Source: an uncultured Gemmatimonadales bacterium (GTDB taxonomy: Bacteria > Gemmatimonadota > Gemmatimonadetes > Longimicrobiales > Gaopeijiaceae). Taken from it: a DNA stretch of 64,000 nt. The notes beneath the pieces were generated by a model. That model was not told where the DNA came from, did not search any database, and was given only the letters and a program-made list of their open reading frames with translations. Positions 1 to 9,595 of the stretch are shown here, piece after piece. Location: positions 32,001-96,000 of the forward strand of contig CAWGKG010000008.1 of NCBI GenBank assembly GCA_963823035.1, read 5' to 3'. Within the stretch, counting starts at the first letter, position 1. Every line of letters starts with the position of its first letter. The position numbers were made by a program, and so were the translations under genes.

Positions 1-223
1 CGATGTCCATGATCTGGTAGGTGCCCGGCGCGGTCGCCGCGAACTGGAAGATCGAGTCGGCGGCGTCGAGCCTCTCCAGCGCCACCACGACCTTGAAGCG
101 ATCGTCGTCGCGGTCGAGGAGGTTCACCTCGTAGGACGTCGTCTGCGCCGCGACCCGGCTTCCGCCCCAGGCGGTCGTCCCCACGACGCCCGCCAGCACC
201 ACCCACCACCTCCCTCGCGTCAT
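1..223 (-). CDS. Secreted peptidase, probably M61 family N-terminus (partial, runs off window start)
   Basis: Manual translation MTRGRWWVVLAGVVGTTAWG...YEVNLLDRDDDRFKVVV...FAATAPGTYQIMDI: signal-peptide-like start and a PGxY motif resembling M61 N-termini. Confidence 0.5.
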   Translation of the reverse strand, partial: MTRGRWWVVLAGVVGTTAWGGSRVAAQTTSYEVNLLDRDDDRFKVVVALERLDAADSIFQFAATAPGTYQIMDI

Positions 224-1327
224 CCTCCCGTCTCCCCCTTCGGAAGCATGCTCGAACGGATCCTCCACCTGGCCCACGCCGGCCTTCAGGTCGGCCAGCA
301 CCTTCTTCAGGTCCCCGCCGTCCGCCTCCAGCAGCCCCTCGAAGTCGGGGAGCCTGTGGTAGTAGCGGATGCGCGCGAGCAGCGTCGCGTTGTTCAGCGG
401 CACGTTGCGGAAGCCGCCGAAGCCCACGCTCTCGAAGGTCGGTGCCACGTCCGCGTCGAAGCGGCGCAGGGCCGCCGCGAAGACCTCCTCGCGCTGCGCG
501 ATCTTCTGCTCGCGCGTGAGGTCCGTGCGGCCGTACACCGCCTCGAGGTCCGCCACCAGCGCGTCCACGAAGACGCTGAACCTCTGGAAGTCCCGCCAGC
601 GCGCCTCGGCGCGCCGGCACTTCACCGTGTCCGGTCCGCCTCCCTGCCGCGTGCAGAAGAAGCGGATCGCGCCGACGCGGCCGACGAAGGTGGCGTAGCT
701 CTCGTTGAAGCCCACGCGGCCGGGCACGAAGAGGTGTCGGTGGGACAGCTCGTGCAGCACGGTCTCCACCACCTCGACGTCGTCGGTGTGCAGCATGGAC
801 GACAGCACCGGATCGTTGAACCACCCCAGCGTGCTGAACGCCGCCGTGGGGCGCAGGTACGTGTCGTATCCCTTCCCGTCGAGCTCTTCCTGTGCCTCGC
901 GCGCGTCGCCCTCGTCGAAGTACCCCTTGTAGGGGACGGCGCCCACGATCGGGAACCACCACGTCTTCGGCACGAGCCGGTCCTTCTCGGCCGCCGAGAG
1001 CACCATCGCGAGCGTGTCGCTCCGGAGCTGCGTGAACTGGGTGTACGCGTCGCCGACGTCGATGCCGAGCTCGTCCGCCGCGAACGTGCGGGCCTCCCAG
1101 ATGAAGGCGAGCTTGCCGCGGGTGTCCGCGTCCGTCGCGGAGTCCGTCATCACCTCGGTGATCGGCCGACGCGCGCGCAGGATCCTCGCCTCGGCCAGCC
1201 CGGCCTTCATCACGTAGACCGGCGAGCATGCCCAGCACCCGGCCACGAGGGCCAGGCCCACGACGACCACGGTGCCACGGATCACGCGGGTGCGCCGCCG
1301 GCTCTTCGCCGGGGTGGTCGTCTTCAC
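220..1327 (-). CDS. Putative zinc aminopeptidase (PF10023-like); probable indel near 3' end
   Basis: Manual translation shows KTWWFPIVGAVPYKGYF, AFSTLGWFNDP, TVLHELSH (HExxH) and FNESYATFVG; as written it reads in frame into the next gene, so it is missing from the ORF track. Confidence 0.8.
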
Positions 1328-1516
1328 GTGCCGGCGCCCACGGTCTTCATGGGCGGGGCGAGCCCCCGAGCCTGCAGGGCGACGGTGGCCGCCACGAGCA
1401 CGGCGACCGCCGCCGCCACCTTCGCGAAGAGCTTCTGGCGCGGCATGTCGGTGTTCGCCGCGCCGACGCGAGGCCGGGTGGCGATCGGGGTGGCCGTGGT
1501 CGGAGACGAGGTCATG
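1324..1516 (-). CDS. Small hypothetical membrane protein (start approximate)
   Basis: 3' part of ORF 1324..1587 with one hydrophobic helix (VAAAVAVLVAATVAL); stop overlaps next GTG. Confidence 0.35.
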
Positions 1517-1540
1517 ACCGGATAGACCCCGATCGACGGC

Positions 1541-2440
1541 TCAGCGGTTGCTACCCACGTTGATCTGCCGCATGAGCGGCACGCCACCCTCGGTCGGGAC
1601 GTACACCACCGAGCCGGCCGGCAGCTTCGCGAGCTGCTCGATGTAGTAGAACGTCAGGTACTCGTTCGTGAGCCCCTCGGAGATGATGTGCTGGGCCTCC
1701 GCGATCCCCTTCGCCTGCTCGATCTGCTGACGTGCCTTCTCCTGGATGATCTCGGTCTGGAAGCGCTCGGCGGCCACGTTCTGCTCCCGCTGCTGCTTCT
1801 CCTCGATGGCCTCGCGCACCATCGGCGGCGCCTGCACGTCGCGCACGAAGACCTCGAGCACCTCGATGCGGTCGCCCGCCTTGGCCTGGATCGCGGTCTT
1901 CATGTCCTGCGCGATCTCGCGCCGGTTCGGGGAGAAGATGTCGTTGATCGACTTGGTGGCCACGGCGTCACGCACGCCGTTGCGCACCGCGTTCAGCACG
2001 ATGCGCGACTTGATCTGACTCTCGGAGCCGATGCGCCGATACAGGTCGGGCGCGTGCGCCGGGTCGAGCCGGTACAGGATCGACACCTCGAGCGCCACGT
2101 TGAGCTGCTCGCTGGTCTGGGCGTCGATCTTCTCGATGCTGCCGTCCGGCGGGAAGCTCTGCTCGCGGATCGACATCTTCTCGATGCTGGCGAGTGGGTT
2201 GATCACGTGGACGCCCGGCTCGAGGGCGGCGGTGGAGATGCTCCCCAGGAAGTGCTGGATGCCGACCTCGCCGACCGAGATCACAGCGACCGTGTTCGAG
2301 GCCGCGATCAGGAGGCCGGCGATCATGAATCCGTATCCGGCCAGGCGGGCGGCACCGGCCGACTTGCCGATGGAGGGTCCGACGGAGCGGATCACCGCGC
2401 CCAGGATGATGGCGAAGACGGCGAGGATGATGGGGGCCAT
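1541..2440 (-). CDS. SPFH/band 7 (prohibitin-like) membrane protein
   Basis: Two N-terminal TM helices, GEVGI...LEPGVHVINP, VRDV, Ala/Glu-rich coiled-coil C-terminus. Confidence 0.85.
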   Translation of the reverse strand: MAPIILAVFAIILGAVIRSVGPSIGKSAGAARLAGYGFMIAGLLIAASNTVAVISVGEVGIQHFLGSISTAALEPGVHVINPLASIEKMSIREQSFPPDGSIEKIDAQTSEQLNVALEVSILYRLDPAHAPDLYRRIGSESQIKSRIVLNAVRNGVRDAVATKSINDIFSPNRREIAQDMKTAIQAKAGDRIEVLEVFVRDVQAPPMVREAIEEKQQREQNVAAERFQTEIIQEKARQQIEQAKGIAEAQHIISEGLTNEYLTFYYIEQLAKLPAGSVVYVPTEGGVPLMRQINVGSNR

Positions 2441-2563
2441 GAATGAGGTCCTCCGACGTGGGGGAACGGCTTTCGATCGCGGTGTCCTGCTCCGCGGGCA
2501 GGTTCGTACGCACTACGGGCGAGCGGGGCGGCTTCTTCGGCCTCCGGAAGCGCTCCGCGGGGG

Positions 2564-2761
2564 TCAGCCTTCCCCGAGATAGGCGCGATCGTCGGGGTCG
2601 ACGGCCACGCGCACCTCGACGAGGTCGGCCTCGGCGACGACCTCGTCGGGCGTGTCCCGCGCCGCCTTCTCGAGGGCTTCCCGGATGTCCGCCGCGTCGA
2701 CCGTGAAGGTGTGGTAACGGTGATAGCGCACGCCGTAGCGCACGGTGATCTGGAACGTCAT
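2564..2761 (-). CDS. Small hypothetical protein (65 aa)
   Basis: ATG ORF with typical high-GC3 codon use filling the gap, divergent from waaA. Confidence 0.6.
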   Translation of the reverse strand: MTFQITVRYGVRYHRYHTFTVDAADIREALEKAARDTPDEVVAEADLVEVRVAVDPDDRAYLGEG

Positions 2762-2786
2762 GGCCTGAATCTATATCGTCCGCCCC

Positions 2787-4104
2787 ATGAATCCCGCCTT
2801 TCTCCCCTATCGCGCGGCGCAGCGGATTCTCCGGGGCGTCGCTCCCATGCTGGGTCGAGGCGATTCGAAGCTCGCGAGGGGCATCGTCGGCCGGCGAGCG
2901 ACTGCCGCCCGCCTGGCCGGCTGGGGCTCGGTGTCGCGCGAGGAGGGGCGCCCGGGCGCGTGGATGCACGCCCCCTCGGTGGGTGAGGGGCTCCAGGCGC
3001 GCGCCGTGCTCGAGGCTTGGCGGGCGCTGCGCCCCGAGCTGCAGGTGATCTATACGCACTTCTCTCCGTCGGCCGTGGAGCTCGCGCGCAGGATGCCGGC
3101 GGATGTGGCCGGCTATCTCCCGTGGGATCTTCCCGGGGAGATGGCGCGCGTGCTCGACGCCGCGAGGCCGGACATCGTCGTCTTCACGAAGACGGAGGCG
3201 TGGCCGGTGCTCGTCGACGAGGCGCGGCGCCGGAAGGTGCCGGTGGCGCTGGTGGGCGGGACGGTCCCGCCGGGGTCCGGGCGCGGCCGCTGGCCTGCGC
3301 GCGCGCTTCTGCGCAGCATGTGGGGCAGGATGGCGCTCGTGGGGGCGATCGACGAAGCGGACGCCGAAGGCTTCCGTGCCCTGGGCGTGGCGCGCGACGC
3401 GGTGCACGTCACCGGCGACCCCGGGATCGATTCGGCCGCGCAGCGCGCGCGCGCCGCCGACCCCGCATCCCCCTGGCTCGCGCCGTTCCACGCGGACCGC
3501 CGTCCGACCCTGGTGGCCGGCTCGACCTGGCCGGCCGACGACGCCGTGTTGCTCCCGGCGATGGTGGCCGTGCGTGGCCGGGTCCCCGAGGCCCGTGCGG
3601 TGCTCGCGCCCCACGAGCCCACCGAGCGTCACGTGCGCGACCTGGTCGGAGTCCTGGAGGGAGACGGCTGGCGCGTCGCCACGCTCTCCCAGGTGGAGAA
3701 GCGCGGCGACGTGCGGGGCGCGGACGCCGTGGTCGTGGACCGGGTCGGCGTCCTGGCGCAGCTCTACACGGTGGGAGACGTGGCCTATGTGGGTGGCGGC
3801 TTCCACGACGCGGGGCTGCATTCGGTGCTGGAGCCGGCAGCGGCGTCCCTCCCCGTGGCCTTCGGGCCCAGGCACGACAACGCTCGAGCGGCGGGCGAGC
3901 TTCTTGCAGGTAGGTGGGGCGAGCGAGGTCGGTGCGCCCGGCGCGCTGGCCGAGGCGCTGACGCGTTGGCTCTCCGACGACGAGGAACGCCGCCGCGCCG
4001 GCGAGCGCAACTTCGGGTACATTCAGCACCACCTCGGTGCCGCGGAGCGTTCCGCGATCCTGTTGAACCAACTCCTGCCGCACGCCCGGAAGCCCGGCCC
4101 ATGA
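2787..4104 (+). CDS. waaA: Kdo transferase (frameshift near 3905-3912)
   Basis: WMHAPSVGE, YLPWD, TEAWP, VAGSTW, LAPH, AYVGGGF, HSVLEPAA motifs; C-terminus continues in the frame of ORF 3103..4104. Confidence 0.85.
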
Positions 4105-4159
4105 CCGAAGCGCGAGACGTCCGCCCGAACGACCCCACGGCCGGAAGGCCCGCTACCCC

Positions 4160-5692
4160 GTGACCCGACGCATCGGACCTGCCGCCAGCCTGGCGCTCCT
4201 CCTGGTGCTCGGAGCGTGCGAAGCCGGCCCGTCGGCCTTCGCCCGCGGGGCAGCGGACGGCAAGAGCCCGCTCGATACCGCCGATGCGGCGACACTCCCG
4301 GAGATCCCGACGGCCGCCGACGTCGAGCCGGCGGACGCGGCGCACGAGGTGGTGGCGGCGGAGGACACGACTCCGCCCACGCGGCCCGAAGCCGCCGAGG
4401 TCGCTTCCGCGAACGCCGCCACCGAGTCCGCGGACTCGCTGGAGCCTCCACACTTCGAGCGTCCGGAGCACATCCGGGGGATCTACCTCAACGCCTGGGC
4501 CGCGGGCTCGCGGCGGCGCATCGAGGATCTGGTGGGGCTCGCCCGCCGCACCGAGATCAACACCTTCGTCATCGACATCAAGGATGCGAGCGGCTACGTC
4601 AGCCATCGCACGGAAGTCCCCATGGCGCGGGAGATCGGCGCGACGGAGGAGCGACGCATCTCGGATCTGCCGGGGCTCCTGCGGCGGCTGCACGACGAGG
4701 GCATCTATCCGATCGCTCGCATCGTGATCGTGAAGGACCCGCTGCTCACGGCGGCCCATCCCGAGATGGCGATCCAGAACGTGAACGGTGGCGCCTTCAA
4801 GGACGGCAAGGGCATCGTCTGGCTGAACCCGTACGACCATCGCGTCTGGGACTACCACGTCGCGCTCGCGCGTGAGGTCGTCGGCATGGGCTTCCCCGAG
4901 GTCCAATGGGACTACGTGCGCTTCCCGGACATCCCGGCCGCGGAGAAGGAGCTGGTGTCCTACCCGGGCGCCGGTGAGACCAGCAAGCCCGACGCCATCC
5001 GCGCGTTCCTGACGTACGCCCGCGATCAGCTCGGCCCGCTCGGGGTGCGCGTCACGGCCGACGTGTTCGGCGTCACGACCTCGGCCTCCCGGGACGTGGG
5101 CATCGGACAGGTGTGGGAGTCCTTCATCGGCGCCGTCGACGTCGCCCTGCCGATGGTCTACCCGAGCCACTACTGGGAGGGCAGCTTCGGCTTCCAGAAG
5201 CCGAACGCCTATCCCTACGAGATCGTCCGCCACGCCATCGCCGACGCGCTGCGCCGCTCCGACGAGGTCGAGGGAGCCGGGGCGACGCGCCCGTGGCTGC
5301 AGGACTTCAGCCTGGGCAAGCCGAGGTACGACGCGCCCGAGGTGCGCGCCCAGATCCAGGCCGCCTACGACGCCGGGGTGGACGAGTGGATCCTGTGGAA
5401 TCCGGGGAGCCACTACACCGAGGCGGCGCTCGAACCGGAGGGCGGCTTCTCCAGCGAACCCGACATCCGCATCGCGAACCGGGTCGTGCCGGTGACGGAG
5501 CGGCTCGCGATCCTCGACTCGATCGCTGCGGTGAAGGCCACCGCCGATTCGCTGAAGGCCGCACGGCGCGCCGAGGCCGACAGCCTCCGTGTGCGGGCTC
5601 AACGCGCGGCCGCCGACAGCGCACGGGCACGGGCCGCGCGCGCTCACCCGGACACGACCGGCGCGCTCTTCCGGGAGCGACCCCCGGCCTAG
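4160..5692 (+). CDS. Putative glycoside hydrolase lipoprotein (DUF4015-like)
   Basis: Lipobox-like LVLGAC; RGIYL, INTFVIDIKD, EVQWDYVRFPD, PMVYPSHY, RPWLQDF, WILWN motifs. Confidence 0.8.
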   Translation: MTRRIGPAASLALLLVLGACEAGPSAFARGAADGKSPLDTADAATLPEIPTAADVEPADAAHEVVAAEDTTPPTRPEAAEVASANAATESADSLEPPHFERPEHIRGIYLNAWAAGSRRRIEDLVGLARRTEINTFVIDIKDASGYVSHRTEVPMAREIGATEERRISDLPGLLRRLHDEGIYPIARIVIVKDPLLTAAHPEMAIQNVNGGAFKDGKGIVWLNPYDHRVWDYHVALAREVVGMGFPEVQWDYVRFPDIPAAEKELVSYPGAGETSKPDAIRAFLTYARDQLGPLGVRVTADVFGVTTSASRDVGIGQVWESFIGAVDVALPMVYPSHYWEGSFGFQKPNAYPYEIVRHAIADALRRSDEVEGAGATRPWLQDFSLGKPRYDAPEVRAQIQAAYDAGVDEWILWNPGSHYTEAALEPEGGFSSEPDIRIANRVVPVTERLAILDSIAAVKATADSLKAARRAEADSLRVRAQRAAADSARARAARAHPDTTGALFRERPPA

Positions 5693-5708
5693 GCCGGCCT
5701 CATGAGGC

Positions 5709-8303
5709 TCATTCCGCGCCGAGGGCCTCGCGCGGGTCGACCCGCGTGGCGCGGCGCGCCGGCACCCACGTCGCGACCGCCGCGGTCGCCGCCACCGTGA
5801 GGGCCGCCGCGAGCAGCATCGGTACGCGTGAGCCGACCGCCCCGAAGAGCAGGTCGTCCAGGTAGCGCGACAGCCAGAGCGAGACGAGCGCCCCGGCCAC
5901 GACGCCGAGGGCCGTGATGGCCGCGCCTCGCCGCACCAGCAGACCGACGACCTCCGTCGAGCGGGCGCCGAGCGCGAGGCGCAGGCCGATCTCCCGGGTG
6001 CGCTGCCGGACCGCGAAGAGGATCAGCCCGTAGATCGCCATGACCGAGAGGATCAGGGCCACCGCCCCGAGCGCGCCCATGACCAGGAGGTCGAAGCGGT
6101 CGCTCGCGACCGAGGCTCTCACCCCGTCGGCCAGGCGTCGGACGGAGGGCACCGGGAGCGCCGGGTCGGCGCCCCATACGGCGTTGCGGATCTCGTTCGC
6201 GGACGCGAGCGGGGCTTCCGCGTGGAAGCGGACGAGGAACACCGCCCAGGGTAGCATTCCCCCGGACGGGAAGAAGAGCGTGGCCGGGGGCGTGGTGGCC
6301 AACTCCAGGTCCTCCACGTCGGAGACGACCCCCACGATGCGTCGCCAGTTGGTGCCGTCCCACCCGAACGCCACACTCCGGCCGATGGCCGACGCCGCGT
6401 CTCCGAAAAGCTGGCGGGCGAGGGTGCGCGTCACGACCACCACCGACTCGGCGCTCTCGCCGTCGTCGGCCGGCTCCAGGAGGCGGCCCTCGAGCAACCT
6501 CACGTCGGCCGCGTCGAACCACGTCGACGACACCGCCCGCCAGCGCGTCCACGGCGCGGTCTCCGCGGTGATCGCGCGCCCCTGGACGTTCAGGTTGATC
6601 ACCGAGTTGGCGCCGCTGAACGGACGGATGTTCGAGCTGCCGGCCGCCTCGACACCCGGCACCGCGGCCAGCCGCTCCTGGATGCCGTTCAGCACGACGG
6701 CACGCTCGGACGAGGTGTATCGGTCGCCGGAAAGCATCAGCGGTACCACGAGCGTGTGGTCCACGTCCATCCCCGAGTCGACGCGATGGAGGCGCAGGAA
6801 GCTCTCCCCCAGCGCCGCCGTCCCGAAGAGGAGGCAGAGCGAGACCGCAACCTGGGCCGCGACCAGGGCCGAGCGCAGCCGGTCGCTGCGGCCTCCCGCC
6901 ACGTGTCCGGCGCCGCGCGCGGAGTCGCCGCTCGGTCGGCCGAGCACGTGCAGCACCGGCGCCAGCCCGAAGATGAGGCCGGTCGCCATGGCCGTGGCCA
7001 CCGCGAAGGCGGCCACGACCGCGTCGATCGACGCCTCGTCGATGCGCGGTGTATCCGCGGGACTGACGTGCTGCAGCACGGGGAGGAAGACGTGCGCGAG
7101 GAGGATTCCGGCGATCGCGCCGAGACCGGCCAGCACGAGGCTCTCCGTGATGAGCTGCTGCACCAGGCGAGCCCGGCCGGCGCCCAGTGCGACCCGCAGG
7201 TCCATCTCGCGCCCGCGCCCGCCGGCGCGGGCGAGGAGGAGGTTGGAGACGCTCGCGCAGGCGAGGAGGAGGAGGAGTCCGACCGCGCCCAGCAGCACGT
7301 ATCCGGCCTGGATGCGGGCCGGCCCGAGGATCGCGGTGCGGAGAGGGCGGAGTTGGACGCCCCATCCCCCGTTCGTGAGGGGGTTCTCACGGCCGACCTC
7401 CGCCGCCACGGCGCGAGCGTCCGCCTCCGCGCTCTCGACCGTGACGCCATCGATCACGCGACCGACCACGTCCAGGTTGTGGTCCGTCCGGTCGGGGTTG
7501 GTGAAGGTGATCGGGAGCCAGAGGTCCGCGTCCCGCAGGAGGGGCGACCACCCCTTGGGCGCCACGCCCACGATCTCGTACGGGGCGTCGTCGAGCACCA
7601 GGTTGCGACCCAGCACGTCGGGATCGGCCGAGAGGTGCTCGCGCCAGAAGGCGTGGCTCACCACCACCAGCCTCCGCACGACGCGCGCGGACTCGTCGTC
7701 GTCGAAGGCGCGCCCGAGCGAGGGCGTGCCCCCGAAGAGCGGGAAGAAGCTCCCGGTCACGACCCCGGCGACCACGTTCGTGGGACGTCCGTCCTCGACG
7801 AGCGTCAGGTCCGACCTGCTGACCGCGGTGAGAAGCTCGAGCGACCGGATCCGCGCGCGGAAGTCCTCGAAGTTGGGCTCGGCCACGGACATGCGCCCGC
7901 CGTCGGGGGTCTCCTCGTTGAGCACCACGATGTGGCCCGCCCGCGGATAGGGGAGCGGGTCGAGCACCACGCCCTTCACGAGACCGAAGATTGCCGTGGC
8001 CGCCCCGATGCCGAGCGCCAGCGTGAGGATGGCCACGGCCGCGAAGCCCGGCGCCCGCCGGAACTGCCGCAGCGTGAACGCGAGGTCGTGGCGCAGGCGG
8101 TCCGCCACGAGCCCGAGCCGGCCGCGCGTCGGCTCGTCGATCTCCTCGAGCTCGGCGCGCACGGCGTCGACGTCGCCGAAGGCGTGCTCGGCCTCCCGGC
8201 GCGCTTCCTCGGGGTCCATCCCCGATGCGACGAGGCGCTCCGCGCGCTCCTCGATGTGGTGACGGATCTCGTCGTCCAGGCGCTTGCCCTGCAGCGGATT
8301 CAC
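5709..8303 (-). CDS. Duplicated MacB/FtsX-type ABC permease (ADOP-like)
   Basis: [51 protein letters not shown]; adjacent to PadR. Confidence 0.9.
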   Translation of the reverse strand: MNPLQGKRLDDEIRHHIEERAERLVASGMDPEEARREAEHAFGDVDAVRAELEEIDEPTRGRLGLVADRLRHDLAFTLRQFRRAPGFAAVAILTLALGIGAATAIFGLVKGVVLDPLPYPRAGHIVVLNEETPDGGRMSVAEPNFEDFRARIRSLELLTAVSRSDLTLVEDGRPTNVVAGVVTGSFFPLFGGTPSLGRAFDDDESARVVRRLVVVSHAFWREHLSADPDVLGRNLVLDDAPYEIVGVAPKGWSPLLRDADLWLPITFTNPDRTDHNLDVVGRVIDGVTVESAEADARAVAAEVGRENPLTNGGWGVQLRPLRTAILGPARIQAGYVLLGAVGLLLLLACASVSNLLLARAGGRGREMDLRVALGAGRARLVQQLITESLVLAGLGAIAGILLAHVFLPVLQHVSPADTPRIDEASIDAVVAAFAVATAMATGLIFGLAPVLHVLGRPSGDSARGAGHVAGGRSDRLRSALVAAQVAVSLCLLFGTAALGESFLRLHRVDSGMDVDHTLVVPLMLSGDRYTSSERAVVLNGIQERLAAVPGVEAAGSSNIRPFSGANSVINLNVQGRAITAETAPWTRWRAVSSTWFDAADVRLLEGRLLEPADDGESAESVVVVTRTLARQLFGDAASAIGRSVAFGWDGTNWRRIVGVVSDVEDLELATTPPATLFFPSGGMLPWAVFLVRFHAEAPLASANEIRNAVWGADPALPVPSVRRLADGVRASVASDRFDLLVMGALGAVALILSVMAIYGLILFAVRQRTREIGLRLALGARSTEVVGLLVRRGAAITALGVVAGALVSLWLSRYLDDLLFGAVGSRVPMLLAAALTVAATAAVATWVPARRATRVDPREALGAE

Positions 8304-8304
8304 G

Positions 8305-8646
8305 TCACGCCTCCTGCGGCCGCGCGATCCGCTCGACCGCCGTCACGTAGCGCGCCCACCGCGCCTCCTCCACGCTGAGTGCCGCCTGCCCGGACTGCGT
8401 GAGGCGATAGTACTTCGCCCGCCGTCCCCGCTCCGAGGTGTCCCAGCGCGCCGACAGCCATCCGCGCTTCTCCATGCGATGCAGGGCGGGATAGAGGGCG
8501 CCCTCCTCGACCTGGAGGTCGTCGCGCGTGGCGCGGTGCATCCACTCCAGGATCTGGAAGCCGTGCATCTCCTCGCCGCCGGCGAGCGTGCGCAGGGCGA
8601 GGAACTCCAGCGTTCCCTTGAGGACGTTGAGGGCGTCTTCCGGCAT
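8305..8646 (-). CDS. PadR-family transcriptional regulator
   Basis: LKGTLEFLAL, HGFQI, EEGALYPALHRME, RRAKYYRLT. Confidence 0.92.
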   Translation of the reverse strand: MPEDALNVLKGTLEFLALRTLAGGEEMHGFQILEWMHRATRDDLQVEEGALYPALHRMEKRGWLSARWDTSERGRRAKYYRLTQSGQAALSVEEARWARYVTAVERIARPQEA

Positions 8647-8660
8647 GGTCGGTCCTTGGC

Positions 8661-8702
8661 CTAAGAGTCTTAGAGCAACGTTAATGGCCTAAGAATTTTA
8701 GG
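8661..8702. promoter_or_regulatory. Two palindromic operator candidates (CTAAGA-N-TCTTAG)
   Basis: CTAAGAGTCTTAG at 8661-8673 (perfect) and CCTAAGAATTTTAGG at 8688-8702 (one mismatch), in an AT-rich island upstream of padR. Confidence 0.65.
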
Positions 8703-8706
8703 TCAA
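8678..8706 (-). promoter_or_regulatory. Sigma70-type promoter of padR-permease operon
   Basis: Minus strand TTGACC (8706-8701), 17-nt spacer, TAACGT (8683-8678). Confidence 0.6.
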
Positions 8707-8851
8707 GGCCGACCGGCACGCGGCCGAGAGTGCCGCGCCGGTCGGGCGTAGCTTGCGCGCCGGAGGCACGGGCAAAGGCTGTCGCCGGAGCCTCCGGGGA
8801 CCGATCTTGGCCGTGAAGACCCCTCCCGCGAGACCCGTAGCTATCGATCAG

Positions 8852-9541
8852 ATGGTCACCTTCTACGTATTCTCGCTCGTCCTGGGTGGCGGGTTCCTGG
8901 GACTCTCCCTCCTCGGAGATCTCTTCGGGGGTCACGGCGACGTGGACCTGTCCACCGACGTCTCCCTCGACACCGACGTGTCCTTCGACGCGGACGTCCA
9001 GCTCGACGCCGACGTCGGCCACCTCGACCTGGACGGAGCGTCCGGAAGCGTCGACCTCGCGCACGCCGGGCACGCCGATGTGGGCGCTCACGCGCACGGC
9101 TCGGCGGTCGCCGCGAAGATCTTCTCGGTGCGGACCGTGATCTACGCGCTGTTCGGCTTCGGCGCCGTCGGCTCGCTGCTGACGTGGGTCCTCCCGGTCG
9201 CCTCCTCCCTCACCACGGCGGGGTTCGCCTTGGTCGGCGGCGTGATCTCGGGCACGATCATCAACACGGCGTTCGGGTGGGTGAAGCGGTCGGAGTCGGG
9301 GGCCGTCGCGGGCGATGACACCTTCGTCGGCCACGCCGCGCGGGTGACGCTCCCGGTCACGGAGGCGGGGGGGAAGATCGTCGTCGAGATGCTCGGGCAC
9401 ACGGTGGAGCTGCGGGCTCTGCCGCACGCCTCGGCGCTCGATCAGGGCGATCCTGCGACGTGGCGATCCGTGGTGGTGGTGGAGATGGAACGAGGAGTCG
9501 CGCTCGTCGCGCCCGCGCCGCAGGAGCTGCTGGACGCGTGA
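8852..9541 (+). CDS. NfeD/YqiJ-like flotillin partner membrane protein
   Basis: TM helices, Asp-rich repeat loop, C-terminal OB-like segment (FVGHAARVTLPV...VVVVEMERGVALV); directly upstream of flotillin. Confidence 0.75.
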   Translation: MVTFYVFSLVLGGGFLGLSLLGDLFGGHGDVDLSTDVSLDTDVSFDADVQLDADVGHLDLDGASGSVDLAHAGHADVGAHAHGSAVAAKIFSVRTVIYALFGFGAVGSLLTWVLPVASSLTTAGFALVGGVISGTIINTAFGWVKRSESGAVAGDDTFVGHAARVTLPVTEAGGKIVVEMLGHTVELRALPHASALDQGDPATWRSVVVVEMERGVALVAPAPQELLDA

Positions 9542-9595
9542 CGGGAAACGGAATACGAGAGGGTTGGTTCCTCTGCAGTGGACCTGGAGGGTCCC

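Noticed and set aside
1..1327. Apparent aminopeptidase-M61 fusion
   Set aside because: An internal signal peptide and an ATGA overlap at 220-223 indicate two genes plus one indel
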